Source of the DNA: Antedon mediterranea
Taxonomy: Eukaryota; Animalia; Echinodermata
Reading direction: 5' to 3'
Assembly (NCBI RefSeq): GCF_964355755.1
Contig: NC_092670.1
Span: forward strand, 26,522,795-26,586,794
Length of the DNA: 64,000 nucleotides
Below are positions 12,996-27,366 of this stretch, in pieces. Numbering within the stretch: the stretch's first letter is position 1; each line of letters opens with the position of its first letter. Under the pieces are notes generated by a model. It saw only the letters and a list, made by a program, of their open reading frames with translations, was not told where the DNA came from and ran no database searches. A program made the translations under genes and the position numbers.

Positions 12996-13808
12996 ATGGC
13001 ATTTAAATATGATATGGGTGGGTCTGGGTTGAAATATTCAGGGGATGCGAATGATGATTTAGAATCCTTTATACAGAGATTTTCAGACCATGCTTCATTG
13101 CGGGATTATACAGAACCCAAAGCCCTTTTAGCGTTGAAAACTGTTATAGTTGGTCATGCGAAAGTGTTTCTAGATACAATAGAGGAGGAACATAAGAATT
13201 CCATAACTAAAATACGGGACTTGTTAAAAGCAAATTTTGAGGGTCAATCCTGGAAATGGGGTATTGAATCGCAGTTGTTAACTAGAAAACAATTACATTC
13301 TGAAACCATTGATAAATATGCGTCGGATATTATGTTATGGGGTAAACAGATAAAGAAATCAGATTCTGAGCTCCTGTCTATTTTTATGAGAGGGTTATTG
13401 CCGAACATTCGGGAATTTGTTTTTTCTAAAGAACCTCAATCTTTTCAAAATGCTTTAGATGCAGCTCGGCTAGCCATATCCGTCCAGCGTACTGTCGATG
13501 AACCTTCCTCTGGTACTTTTATAAATAACCTTCCCAAGTCCCGTGTTGTTGGTAATGAAAATACAACTTTAGATACGCTCGCGGGGATGGTCGCGCAAGT
13601 TTCTAATATATTAGACAGCATAGAATCGTCTAGTCGGGTTCAGGAGGTGATTCCTCCTTTTAATAGTAATCCTTATGATAGGAAAAATGCCGGTAGATCT
13701 AGTCGGACATTTAACTCCTGAATTATTTGTTGGCGTTGTGGTTTTCGGGGTCATATGCGAGTGGCATGTTATGCTAGAAAAGACAGGGATGACCGTCCAT
13801 TAAACTAG
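12996..13808 (+). pseudogene. gag: Gypsy gag with CCHC zinc knuckle, interrupted by an in-frame TGA at 13719-21
   Basis: 241-aa capsid-like ORF (YSGDANDDLESFIQRF...FMRGL); in frame after the TGA: CWRCGFRGHMRVAC then TTAAACTAG at 13800-13808, a typical gag-end context. Confidence 0.85.
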
Positions 13809-13989
13809 AAACCCTGTTTGCAGGTAATTTTTGTAAAACCGTTATGAACATTGAAAGGGACAATGCAAATAAGGTAAAAAATAAACCTTATCAATATGAT
13901 AAAAGGTATTTGTCCAAATATTGGGGTAGGAGTAAATATAATAGACCTATCAGTCATTTTTCTCGTAATGCTGAATTGCATAACAATAT

Positions 13990-16900
13990 GGAGGGTTCAT
14001 GTTGCTTTATCGCGCTTAAATTCAATTTATATTTTTGTCGAAGGTAAACAGGCAAAATGTTTAGTAGATACAGGTGCCTCTATAAATCTTATTGATCATG
14101 ATTGGTTGACTAGGAATTTACCGGCTGTAGCTTCTAGTCTAGCTTCGGCAAATATTGATAAAGCACGAACAGCTAATGGCAGTGATCTTATCATTAGTGG
14201 TTCTATATCCTTGAATTAAAGTTAACAATAAATGGTAATAGTTTCGTTCCTCCTATGCACGTTGCTGGGGAATTGTCTGAAGTTATAATTTTAGGCTCTC
14301 AATTTTTGCATGACCATGGGGCCAACATTAACTGTTTTGACTTTACAGAAAAAGTGTCAAATGCGAGTAGTTGCACGACAGGAAATTCCCGCACGTTCTT
14401 AATCTACAGTTCTTTCTTGGCTCTCAAATAAATTACCGAAGTGCACAGTCGGGTTATGTCAGGGTGGGCGACGCATTGCGGCAAAAGGTGTTTTGGTTGT
14501 CAATACTGCTTCCTGTGTTATTGATAACTGTGTGAATATATTGGTAATGAATACGACAGATAAACCGGTAACATTGTATCCACGCACTAAAATTAGGTAC
14601 TTTCACTGTGATTGATGAGAATTTTGTCTGTCCATTTACGACCATTTCCAATAGGCCTAGTGTAGTAAGTGCTGTTTATCCTTTAACAATTCAGATGATA
14701 TGGACGTGGACCCACTAATTCAAGAGGTTTTGGCTTAAGTAAAGCTTGATACTTCTCATATGACCGTTAATGAAGTGGTGGGGATATTGAACTACATTAC
14801 TTTCCAGAAATACCGCTTGGTAGATACTCGGGGGTTGAACATACAATTTTGACTAACAACCATGCGCCAACAAGATCGCGACCATACAGGCAAGCCCCTC
14901 ATATGCAAGAACGGATAAGGTGTCAAGTTAATGAAATGTTACAACAAGGGGTTATTAGAGAATCCACTTGTTCATGGAGTTTTCCGGTCTGTATGATTCC
15001 GAAAGCCGGGACAGATAAATATAGATTTTGTATTGATTTTAGACGCCTGAACGACATTAGTGCCAGGGACAATTTCCCTTTACCAAATATTAACGATGCA
15101 GTTGACAATTTAGGGACAGCAAAGTCGAAAAATATTTAGATTTAGCCTCGGGGTACTGGCAGATTGAGTTGAGCGAGAATTCAAAGGCTAAAACTGCTTT
15201 TATTACCCAAGATAGACTTTATGAACGGGCAATGCAGGAAATATTACGAGGGTTGAATTGGAAATTTGTTTTATGTTATCTGGATGACATAATTATTTTC
15301 AGTAATAGTTGGGAGGAACATTTATGCCAGTTAGAACAAGTGATGGATAGACTTAGAACAAGTGATGGATAGACTTAGAACAAGTGATGGATAGACTTAG
15401 AACAAGTGATGGATAGACTTAGAACAAGTGATGGATAGACTTAGAACAAGTGATGGATAGACTTAGAACAAGTGATGGATAGACTTAGAACAAGTGATGG
15501 ATAGACTTAGAACAAGTGATGGATAGACTTAGAACAAGTGATGGATAGACTTAGAACAAGTGATGGATAGACTTAGAACAAGTGATGGATAGACTTAGAA
15601 CAAGTGATGGATAGACTTAGAACAAGTGATGGATAGACTTAGAACAAGTGATGGATAGACTTAGAACAAGTGATGGATAGACTTAGAACAAGTGATGGAT
15701 AGACTTAGAACAAGTGATGGACAGACTTCGGGACTAAAATTACAACAAAGGAAATGTATGTTTGGTCAAAGGCAGGTTAAATACTTAGGTCACATAGTAA
15801 GTGAAAACGGGGTGGCCACCGATCCTGAGAAATTACAAATTGTTCGTGACTATCCTACGCCTAAAAAATTATCTGAAGTGCGCTCTTTTCTTGGTTTTGT
15901 AGGCTATTATAGGAAATACATAAAACATTTTTGGAAAATTGCTGACCCTTTAACTAATTTGACTAGGAAGGGGGTGGGTTTTTCCTGGACGGAACAATGC
16001 AATAGAGCATTTGAGTTGTTAAAACAAGCATTATTGGAACCCCAATTTTGGCTTTTCCACGCTTTGATGGGACTGAGTTTATATTACAGACTGATGCTAG
16101 TCATTTAGGATTAGGATTTATTTTGGCCCAGTATCAGGAAGGCAAAGAAAGGGTGATTTCATACGGGGGTCGAGCACTTCATAATGCGGAGCGGAATTAT
16201 ACCACCACTGAACTTGAGGCGTTGGCGGTTGTAGAAGGTATAAAGAAATATGCCCCTTATCTTCAGTATAGTGTTAAATTCAATGGCTTAAATGGCTATT
16301 TTCTAATAAACAAGCAAGCGGTCGTTTAGCCAAATGGGCCCTCAAACTCCAGTCCTACAACTTCGAAGTAGTACATGTCGAAGGACGTAATAATAGTAAT
16401 GTTGATGCTCTTAGTAGATTAAATGAATACACTTCTATAGAACCTTGTTTGACATGTGGACAACCTGATATTGTGACCTCTGTGGGACCCATTTCTCTAT
16501 GGGAGAACACTTATCAGGATAGTATATGTTGTGACGGCGCGCAATCGGTTTCTTGTTGCGCTCCCAAAATTGCTGCTTCATCACTAAGGAAGGGTAACCG
16601 AAATAAATACAAAGGGGAGCTACTAAATAATACCCCAAATTTTCCAAGTGAAATAAATTTAGAGTCATTTAAGGAGGCATTGATGATCGATCCGGATTCT
16701 AGTGTAATGTAAGCATATTTACTGAAGGGAGATTTTCTTAAGGATGATAAGGCTAGGGAAGTATAGTGCTACAGTCTGATCAATATTTTGTTCAAAATGG
16801 CCTACTGTATCACATTTGGCATACTCCTTCTAAATGGCACGAGCCTGAAAGAAATGTAGTGAGGTTATACGTTCCCGGTACATTTGTAGACTTGGTATTA

Positions 16901-18027
16901 AATCAATGCCATGATCATGTTCTTTCTGCTCATTTTGGGTTTCAACGAACGTATGACCGAATTCGTCAAAGATATTTTTGGAAGGGCATATATCGGGATA
17001 TAGATAATTGGTACGATCTTGTATTTCCTGCGCGCAACGGAAAACACATAGACAAAGGTACTTGCACCCCTAATTACAATGAAAGTTCCCAGTGCATTTG
17101 AACGGGTTAGTGTAGATATTCTTGGGCCTTTACTTGTTACAATGACCGGGAATCGATATGTATTATGCTTTACTGATCATTGTACTAGATGGCCCATGCT
17201 AGTGCCGTTGAAAGAGACGGGAGCAGCTACGTTGGCCAAATCTCTTTTTGAATATGTTGTCTGTGTACATGGTTGTCCGGAAACTCTGTTGAGTGATCGC
17301 GGATCAAACTTTCTTAGTAAGATTGTTCTAGAAGTATGTAGAGTAATGCAAACACATAAAATAAATACCAGCGCATATCATCCTCAATGCAACGCCATAC
17401 AAGAGAGATACAATGCTGTTATCTTAGATAACATTTCACATTATGTAAATGAATATCATAATGATTGGGATAAATATTTACCGGCTATACAGTTCGCTTA
17501 TTGTACAGCTCCGGCTACGAACTCTGTTGGTTATAGTCCCTTTTTCCTTTTATATGGCAGGGAAGCTAGGCTTCCGCTCGATGTGACCTTATGTGACCTT
17601 ATTAAAACAATGCCATTATCCCGAAAAAACATTACGATATCATATGCATGTGTTAATAAGTCAGTTGGAGCTATTTAGAGCTGTTTCTAAAAATCGGGCT
17701 GAGTTAAATCAAGCTAAAATGAAGGAGCGATATGACGAACGTGTCCGCGATGTATCATACCAAGTGGGCGATTCGGTTTGGGTGTATATACCTGCGTTAC
17801 AGAAAGGGTTATCGCGTAAATTAATGAAATTTTGGTCTGGCCCTTATCTGTTAATTGAGAAAACGGGGCCTGTGCCTGATAATTTTCGTGTTCGGAACTT
17901 AGCTAATAATAAACTGCTGAAAGCACTGGTTCATGTGAACCGGATGAAATTTGCATATAACCGATATGCGCGACCCAGTAATAATAATCCACCTACGGAT
18001 CCGGAACAAGTGCGTGAGGCGTATTCT
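13990..18027 (+). pseudogene. pol: Gypsy pol (protease-RT-RNase H-integrase), frameshifted, 3' truncated
   Basis: LVDTGAS; RFCIDFRRLN, YLDD; LQTDAS...TELEALAVV; HDHVLSAH; SDRGSNF, AYHPQCN; WSGPY. Confidence 0.92.
15331..15726. repeat. 22-bp minisatellite, 18 copies, inside the RT coding sequence
   Basis: TTAGAACAAGTGATGGATAGAC x17 plus a last copy ...GGACAGAC. Confidence 0.95.
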
Positions 18028-19200
18028 TAAACCGGACTTTAGTCGTAGTTCGAGCTAAAACTTTAAAAATGACGTCATTTAAATTCATAAACCGAATTTC
18101 AACTAAATCGCCGACTAAATCAGGCCAACCTCAACTAAATCGAGACTGATTTTGATTGATTTTTTAGTCCTCGAAGGGGCAGGCTAAATGGTCGACTAAA
18201 TGGTATTTAAACAAGGTTTATAAAAAATGTAACAGTCATTGAGTTGTTATATTGGCCAGATATTGAAGAATGAAATATCTACATTTATATTAGCTTAATT
18301 TAATTTATTTACAACCGTATACAAATTACATTATTTTCTTCGCGTAAGTCCGACTTGAACTACGTCACGCCATAGCGACAATGGGAGATGCGGAAATTCA
18401 CCATGTGATGGAATGTTTAGGGGGCCTTGCGCTTTCTTGTCACGCTATGAAGTATGTGGTTCGTCGCGATCATACTTTGTTGGAGGCCTATAAAATATGA
18501 AAGTTACCGTACCGCCATGGCTCCTAAATATATTTTGAAGATTTTGTTTGTTGTTAATCAAAAGTACTTCAGTGTTAAATTAATACTGATCTTGTTCTAA
18601 TAATTAAACGATTAAAATTATTTTTTATGTATATAGTCTTAATGCGTAAAAAGTTTTGTAAGAAAATGGAAAGTGATATCAATGCGCAAAATTTCGTCTG
18701 CTCCTCAAATACTCTCTTGTCATTGTCTTTGTTACCCAGACGTGTGCAACTCGACTAAAAGCTTGACTTCATTAAGTCGAACTGAAAACTACAACTACTT
18801 TGTTTATGAATTGAATTTGAATTAATATAGATAAATATTTTGGCACTTATGGCATTTCATACGTATACTACTTGATTTTGGATACTCTGTCTGGGGAAAC
18901 ATGTACAAGTCACGTGGTTTGACACCAAGAATTCTTGGTGCATACGATTATCCAGTTGACTAGTTTCAGCCACATGCCATTGGCTACTCACTCGTACGCT
19001 GTTTTAATATTCATATTTCAGAATTTCAAAGACTTGACAACTAAGATGATGCGCATGCGCTATGTTACGTTTAGACAATGTGTACTTCTGAAGGCTAGAA
19101 ATGATATGCCTAGTAGTCTAGTAAACATTTAATGTGAATTTTCCCAAGAACATGAAAACTCGTCTTGATATGAAAGGTTAGCTTCTCCGCAAATCAAACA

Positions 19201-19541
19201 TTGAATGGATCATTTAATTCTGGGGTTTTTCCTTCATCTTGGAAACACGCTAATATTGTCCCAATTCACAAGAGTGGTCCCAAAAAACTAATCTGTAACT
19301 ATCGTCCTATTTCGTTATTGCCTACTATGTCTAAGATTTTTGAGCGCATTGTGCATGATGGTTTGTCATCACATGTTGCTAATGCTTTAAGTCCTAGGCA
19401 GCATGGTTTTGTCTCTGGGAGATCATGTCAAACCAACCTTGCACTGCTTCTTGCTACATCATACGATGCAATTAACAGCAAGAAGCAGTGCGATGTGATT
19501 TACACTGATTTCTCTAAGGCTTTTGATTCCGTTTCCCATGA
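19201..19541 (+). mobile_element. CR1/Jockey-group LINE RT fragment
   Basis: FPSSWKHANIVPIHK...NYRPISLL...QHGF...YTDFSKAFDSVSH. Confidence 0.85.
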
Positions 19542-19941
19542 TTTGAATAAACAGTCGTTGAGACATGTTTTTAATAGTTATCACATTTTGAAAAACCCTC
19601 ATAAATAATAGACTCTACCAATGTTGATCTGCAGCAAAGAACAACAGATCGTAAATCACACGAGGCGGTGTTTTTTGGTTTTACTGTACAGTACTATAAT
19701 CCGATTACGAACTTGTTAAATAATTTCATAGGCATGGATGATTCGCCAAGCAAGTAGGCCTATACGTTTAATAAAAAATGTAAGAAAATTACCTAAGATT
19801 GTCGTAAGCTAATTTGTTCAAACTTGTTATATAAATGGCAATAATCCACCCATTCCGGCATGCACGATATCTAGCCGGACCTGTTTTAGCGACTGTTTCA
19901 ACGCGAAAATCAGTTTTGGCCCCGGACCAAATTTCGCGTTA

Positions 19942-21547
19942 CAGTCCCACTCCAATTAAAGATCACTTTACTTTAAAACACCTCCAATTAGCGACCATTT
20001 ATTAATTGGTAGGAGTAAAGACAAGAATAACTAGATTTGAACTCGTCACTTTGACGAGTTCGGGTTATCCACGCAAACGCAACATGCACATACTTTAAAC
20101 TATATGAACTTCGACAATTGTTATGCCATCCTATGACATAAATTAAGTATGTTTACAGTGTTGAACTGTACCTATTTTGTAGCATACAGCATTACAGTAT
20201 TTACAGAATACATTGTATGTTATATACAGTGTAGCATAGACGAAATTACGATACCAATCTTTTAAATCCTATTATTAACACGATGACGTCATAAAATTGA
20301 CATATAAAGATAACAATTTTTGAAGATAATTATCTAAATAATTACATTAATACAAATTTGAAGAATTTTGGGCGTGTAAAAGAGAGATGCGCTCTCGTTT
20401 AAACGCAATAAACTTTTACGCAAGAGATGAAAATATGACTTTTTGAATTCAACTGCCCATATGATGACGTCACAACATCTGATTGGCAAAATATTTACAT
20501 GAATTTGTATCTACAATCCAATAGCTTCCATAAAATGTTTTAATCATGATTATCACTTTTTATTCTGACGAGCTATAACAGATTGAAATTTACTGTAAAG
20601 ATGAAAATAGGTGACCCAAGTTATTTACGTTTTTAGACATGATGACGTCATAAAAATTAAAATATTTTTAATTCATGCGAAAGACAGTTGATTGACGTAG
20701 ACAATATTCCAATTTCGGGGGAAATGGAATACGTATAAGCAAGATGCGCTTTGTTGAATGTGATGAGCAATAACGAAAGAGTAAAAAATCCTATATTTTA
20801 CATTCGTGTGGCCATATGATGACGTCATAACAAACGAGAGGTAAAGATTCGGCATGAATTCATATCTACAACATATCTGCTTACATATTAAGTTAAAAAA
20901 AATGGAAGTCACCATTGATTCTGAGGAGCTATAATAGATTGAAAATAGCCATAATTTTGACAATATTTTGTAACTTTTTCAACTAAAACGCGCGTAAATG
21001 GTATAAATCAACGTTTTCGTATGGCGTCATTTTAATTTGAAATGATGTCAATATTTATAAAAATGAATAGGAAAGGCTGGAAAATGACAATTCAAGAGAA
21101 AAAACATGATTTCGTATTCCGTGCGCACCTTACGCGTAAAATTTTTCGCGCGCGCAGAAATGTTTGACATGCTCAAAATGTCATGATCGGCGTAGAAAAT
21201 TGATTAGAAATTAATTTTGCGCATTTTGAAACTTTAAATGCGCGTGCGCGCGTAACTTCTGGTTAAACATGCCATTTTTAATCGATAGAAAGTTTGCCCT
21301 TGATATGACTTAAATGTTCACCAAGTGTCAATACAAAATGACTTTTGGTTTATAATCTATGATCAATCATTGAAATTCATAAAATCGCGCGTAACTTATG
21401 CTGCGCGACTCTAATGTCATATAACGAAGTTTCTTGCACATCTACAACTACAGGTCAATCTTATGACAAAGTTATACAATCGTATGTTGACCAGAATTAG
21501 AGATACGCTGCGAACAAAATTCAGGGAAAGAAAGAAGATTAAGAAAG

Positions 21548-21578
<31 letters not shown>

Positions 21579-21935
21579 ATCCTGACAATAACAAGGGGTT
21601 ATCCGCCAAGTGCGGATAACCAATAAATAGTTTTAATTATGTGAAAAAATTAAGTAACTGTACTGGTCCTCTTCCTCACTTACTTTCCTTACTTAAAACA
21701 CCTCTAATATTAGCAAACATTTTATTAACTGGTAGGAATAAAGATAAGAATGATAAATAGTTTTAATTATGTGACAAAATACAAGTAATTGGACTGGTCC
21801 CACTCCAATTAAAGATCACTTTACTTAAAACACCTCCAATTAGCGACCATTTTATTAATTGGTATTTGGGGTACTGTAATTGGTCCTCTTGCAATTAAAG
21901 ATCATTTTACAAGACACCTCAAATTATCAACCATT
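19942..21935. repeat. ~130-bp tandem repeat array, split by the 20031-21623 insertion
   Basis: Unit containing CCCACTCCAATTAAAGATCACTTTACTT..AAAACACCTCCAATTAGCGACCATTT at 19946 and 21799, diverged at ~21668 and ~21884; register continues across the insertion. Confidence 0.7.
20031..21623 (-). mobile_element. Helentron-associated non-autonomous element (second family)
   Basis: Hairpin GAACTCGTCA-CTT-TGACGAGTTC next to GGTTATCC at one end (minus strand ends CTAG|TT); GGTTATCCGC-CAAGT-GCGGATAACC at the other; inserted in an A/T run of the tandem array with no TSD. Confidence 0.7.
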
Positions 21936-22689
21936 ATATTTTTTTTTCAAATTACGTCCAGGTGCGGGCAAAAAATTTCTATTGATCATACATTCCAATA
22001 ATCATCGATCTATAGTTTCCCCTATCCCCTATATTTCATAATTTTTGGGATTTTATTTGTGTTACACGAGCTTGTTGAAAATAAGCACTTTCTTATCAGT
22101 GGGGGAGATAGTTCAAATTACACAGTAAAATCTCTATTCTTTTGTACACAAATTGTGTAAATAGAGAGGTATTTTAAAAAGCTATGAAAACTAAACGGTG
22201 TGGCAAAAAACGTTATCGGATGACTAAATATAGGTAATATAACTTGAATTTTACATTTCTGGCATTTTTATTCAACTTCAGATTTTTGTTTTCATGCTAT
22301 AGCAAAAATTATCCACAGTATATCCACCATCTTTTTTCACCTTCTAGGGAGTTACCAGACATGTTATTACATTAGGTTAACTACCAAACTACTGAAAAAA
22401 AGTCTTCCTGGTTTTTATGGCAGAATATTGCCAAATTTTGTATTTGACCATATTAAGGGATATTCATGTTTTTTCGTCTTGATTTATGTTACAAATAATT
22501 GATTTATATACAATTAACCAGATATTATATTTAAAGTTCATGCCTGTACTTGAGCTTTAAATTGATATGTCTGTTCTGTAAACAACAGGTCGTATAATAA
22601 GACTACAGTATGTCTCCTGATATAACAATATTATATTATTAATATTTATTTCAAGTTCAAATTTATTCACATAATGCAAACATATACAA

Positions 22690-23425
22690 AATATAAAAGA
22701 TACAAGTGGTTGGAAATTAAGTAAATAATAGTTGCATTATGCCTGGAGAATACCATTCACCAGAAAGAATAAAAAAGTTAAAAATAATAATAATAAGCAT
22801 AAGGTGAAGGTTAGCTACTGACAGACAGGGACGGACATGTACGACGATACAAACACGACAAACTGTATTTATATGATTTGCCTAATTAAATTTAATTATA
22901 AGTTATTAATATGATCAAAATAATTAATTTACTTTATATTTTGATATTAGATAAGATTTGTAGTTTATTTTTAGAGTATTATTTGTTTTGCTATTAGTTA
23001 TTGACGGATTAAGAGAGTTCCAGAGTAGGGGACCGGTATGTAGTATAGAGTTAAGTATTTGCTTACTGTTATAGTTTTTGGAAATGTAGTTGTTTGCGTT
23101 CCTAGTGTTATATTTGTGTAGTTCGTTATTTTTAGTGAAGAAACCGTTGAAAGTGGATGGTAGTTTGTTATTTGAGTACCTAAACATGAAGAGGGCAGTT
23201 TGCAATTTATTAATGTCAAAAATGTTTAGGGTATTTAGGGTGTGAAAAAGAGGTTTAGAGTGGGAGAGGTATTTTGAGAGAGTACAAATGCAAAGGGCCC
23301 TTTTTTGGAGTTTGAAAAGTTTGTCTATTTTGGTTGTTTCCGTGCTGGTCCATGGACAGAGAGTTCAATGTTTTGAGTTAGTGGCTGCCCATGCAATGTT
23401 GCAGTAAGAGAGATGTGGAAGTATT
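22690..23425 (-). mobile_element. CR1-like LINE 3' fragment
   Basis: LPHLSYCNIAW, LQKRALCI, ORF 22924-23205 ending GPLLWNSL...YKSYLISKY*, followed by an AT-rich 3' UTR. Confidence 0.8.
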
Positions 23426-23723
23426 TGGATTGACATATTTTTTTGTTTTGTTTTGTGATTCAAGTTGGTATTCTAGGGAATTATAATTACCCTAATGGGA
23501 GTTGGTAAATGTCCAGCAGCCTAGTTTTTACAGGGTTAAGGTGATATGACAGTAGATGGTCCTACTTTGTTATCAATGAAAACTGCCTGGGTGGTTGCAA
23601 CCATTTTCAACAGCTGGGGCGGATTGCAATAAAGGTCTTAACCGCGGTCTTAGACTTAAGCCCAAGATGAAACCCTTAGCAACGATGGTCTTAGATTTAA
23701 GACCATTGCAATAAGAAGTATAA

Positions 23724-24480
23724 GGCCCTGTTTCTGCTGCCAACTAAATACCGTATATTATACGGTATTTTTTGAATACCGTATATATACGGTATATTTT
23801 TGGCAGCAGAAACTGCGCTCATAAAAAATATACCGTATTTTGTATACCCGTTTCTGCTGCCAATAAAAAATACCGTATTTTTTTTTTACATGACAAAAGG
23901 TCAACATTCGTGTTTTTATTTTCTGTCGCTGTCAGCTCTTTTACACACGTGTATATATATATTCGGCGAAAATGTGGAGCGAAGACGTCACAGTTTTACT
24001 AAATAAATTTGTGTGGGGAAGCTAAAATGTCTGGCCAACTAAAAGGTAATAAAAAGGGACAACCACGTTTATAAAGACATTTCTAAAAAAATAAAGCAGG
24101 AGTATGGAATAGACTTGTCTCCAAAGCAAGTAAGCTCAAAGCTGAAGAGCCTGCGAAAGCAGTACAATATTGCAAAATACAATAACTCGGGGAGGGAACG
24201 AATTAATTGTCCCCATTACGATGTTTTCTGTGCTCTCACAACATCTCTATCACTAGGGCTAGGCTGTTGAAAGTGAGACGTAAAACTTCCTTCATTGCGA
24301 CTTTTAATTATCGATCAAATAAATGGATGGCAATTTGGGTAAAGAAGATGAAATTTAACACGACCACCCAAGAAGTATTGTTAGCAGAAACGGGGTACTA
24401 AAAAATACGGTATAAAAAATACTGTATTTTATACCGTATTTTTATACCGTATTTTGAGCAGTTGCAGCAGAAACAGGCCC
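23724..24480 (+). mobile_element. Harbinger internal-deletion derivative retaining a Myb/SANT (trihelix) remnant
   Basis: TIR GGCCCTGTTTCTGCTGC / GCAGCAGAAACAGGCCC, TAA TSD; ~24079-24222 reads ISKKIKQEYGIDLSPKQVSSKLKSLRKQYNIAKYNNSGRERINCPHYD. Confidence 0.85.
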
Positions 24481-25344
24481 TAAAGCAGTCCCACCATCAG
24501 GGTTTTTTTTCCAGTCACCTTTAGGGTCAAATCTATTATTTTAACTGCTCCCTTGTGTATAAAAGAGAGAAAATAGTGACTTAAGCTCCAGTCCCACGAT
24601 CGATCGGGTTTTTTCTTCCGTCTTCCAAAGGGACTTGTATTGATTGATAGGACGTCGGGAGAAGAGTGTTGCAATCCCACAGTCATTTCTTCACTTGGTC
24701 ACTAATGACCTACTTTTTGAAAAGAATGTCATAAGCTTGCAATTTAGGGACAATCTTTGTATATTGTAGGTATTCAAGGATTGACCTTGTCAACCATTGT
24801 GTAAATACTTTCTCTGCTCTCTGCTTTGCTATTCTATTTATCATTGAGAATTCAATTGTGATATTGTATATTCTTAATACAAATCGAAATGGATTTAGTG
24901 TTACTTTCGAAAGTTTTGATCATTTTGTATATGGTAAGAGAACTAAATAAACGCAAGCAGAAGAAAAAAACGATTGCAAAAGAAACGCAGTGTGTGGGTG
25001 AAACCATGGATACAGCGGCGAAATTCCCATGGAGCATACCATGATTTAATAAAGGGACTGGAAGTAGAAGACATAGAAAAATATAATAATTTTATCTATA
25101 ATTATATATAAATATATAATATATTATGATTTTTAATAACACTTTATAATCTTTGTATTCCATTCAACTCCTAACTAAAGTTATTTCAGGTATCTATAAT
25201 CAAAAGATATATAGTGAACTATATTATATCTCTCTGCTACAATATTCAGATGTTGATCCCTACCAAGCCAAATTCCTGCCCATCTGATTGGCTATTGGTG
25301 TAAAAAACTGGTGTCAGTTTCGTTAATAATAGGACATGCACTAA

Positions 25345-26407
25345 GGCCCTGTTCAGACCCATGGCGTTAGACCGTTTTAGCGTACGACGCTAAAAGAATG
25401 TGTGTCTGAACAGTTGGGGATTAGCGTACAACGGTTGTAGCGTTGTAGCGGAAAACGGTTGATAGTACCGTTTTAACGTACGACGCTACTGTAAGTCAAC
25501 GTTGTATCCAATCAGAACGTTTCCTGTTATGACGCGAAACAAGGTTTGACCTAGGCTGACATCTTGTATCGTCAATGTGTGAGATGGATTTCAATAACAA
25601 AAAGGCCAGAATAAATAAGGCCTAACTACACTACAAATACAACTGTTATAAAGGCTACAAACTATTATCAACTGGTCGGATTACCATTATATTTTCTAAC
25701 AAATGACATACGGTAAATACATGCACCTTGTATTTAAACATAGGGACTACGATCCCATCCGCTTTTAGGCCTATAGCCATTCACGCATTTCATTCAAGCT
25801 AAAAACTAGCGTGGGACATCAAGTCACTCATTCATACAAGGCAGACTACACTGGACAAGTTTAATGCTGAAAACCCCCTAACTCCTAAAAAAATCAGTAA
25901 ACAAACAAGGGGAGCTGTGTCCCTTTTATTAGCAAGTTAAGGGATATTTTTAACCGACTGGACCAAAGAATATATATCTTTGACTGGACTGCATAGACTA
26001 ATCACAATCATATTTTTTTTCATCATTACGAGGCCTGCTTTATTTTCGTAACACAAGAGCCTGGGGAGAATGTTTTTTACTACAAAATAAAAACAATAGA
26101 AACAGAAATTTGGCTTTACTATATTTTTCTGAAATAAATGCTAAGGTATGTTTTATTTACGGCAAATTTTGTCATAATTGTAGGGCTGAGATCTAGGCCT
26201 ATATACAGTGGAAATAATGATGAAAACACGTGGGTAAGAGCAAATGAATATGCAACTAGAAACAACCTGGATGACGTACTTCCGTTGTAACGATAATCGT
26301 ACGCTATGGGTCTGAACACCTCGTTTTTTTCTCTGCGGTTTGTAATGTGACCTTGATAGTAACGTTGTACGCTAAAACGGTCTAACGCCATGGGTCTGAA
26401 CAGAGCC
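25345..26407. mobile_element. Harbinger-like MITE
   Basis: ~45-bp TIRs GGCCCTGTTCAGACCCATGGCGTTAGACCGTTTTAGCGTAC; TWA flanks. Confidence 0.85.
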
Positions 26408-27366
26408 TTAAACTTATAAGTCACTATTTTCTCTCTTTTATACACAAGGGAGCAGTTAAAATAATAGATTTGACCCTAAAGGTGACTGGAAACAGGCACT
26501 TTCCATCAATCAATACAGTGTCCCTTTGGAAGACGGAAGAAAAAACCCGATCGATCGTGGGACTGGAGCTTTATAAGTTTTACCGCATGTCCTATTATTA
26601 ACAAAACTGACACCAGTTTTTTACACCAGTAGCCAATCAGATGGGCAGGAATTTTGCTTGGTAGGAATCATCATCTGAATACCGTATTGTAGCAATGTAA
26701 GAGATGTAATATAGTTCACTATATATCTTTTGATTATAGATATCTGAAACAATTTTAGTTAGGAGTTGAATGGAATACAAAGATTATAAAGTGTTATTAA
26801 AAGTCATAATCAATAAAAATAAATTATATATTAATTATAGATAAACAGGTTGTTTATTCATTATTATTAATCCCATTGGGGCTACTAGTGACCTACAGTA
26901 CATGGGGGTACTGTGCAGTACATCCACAGAACAATTAACATTCTTGGTTTGGAGACCAGTGAATACACTTGCTTTTAGCACAGTTCAGTTAAAATATTGA
27001 AAGGCTATATACAGGTCAGAATGACAAAACTAAAATTGTCTATAGAATCAATTATTATCGGGAAGTGTTATGGAATAATACGTTAAACCACACTGTGTTT
27101 CTTCAGTTGTTTTTCTTCTGATTCCTTTTATTTAGTTACTTAACAACCATATACAAAATAATCAAAACTTTCGAAAGTAACATAAAATCCATTTTAATTT
27201 TTATAAACGATACACAATATCACACTTGAATTCTGAATGATAAATGAACAGCAAAGCAGAGAAAGTATTTCAACACAAGGGTTGATATACAATAAACATT
27301 GCTTTGGTCAACACTAATGTACATTTTCTGGCAAATCCTTGAATACCTAAAAAGGATTGTCCCTAA

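Noticed and set aside
15331-15726. CRISPR-like regular repeat
   Set aside because: Contiguous units with no unique spacers, no cas genes, eukaryotic context; the unit is RT coding sequence
18028-18800. 3' LTR of the 12069 Gypsy, or a delimited DNA transposon
   Set aside because: No similarity to 12069-12481; CGACTAAA motifs recur, but no matching termini or TSD could be fixed
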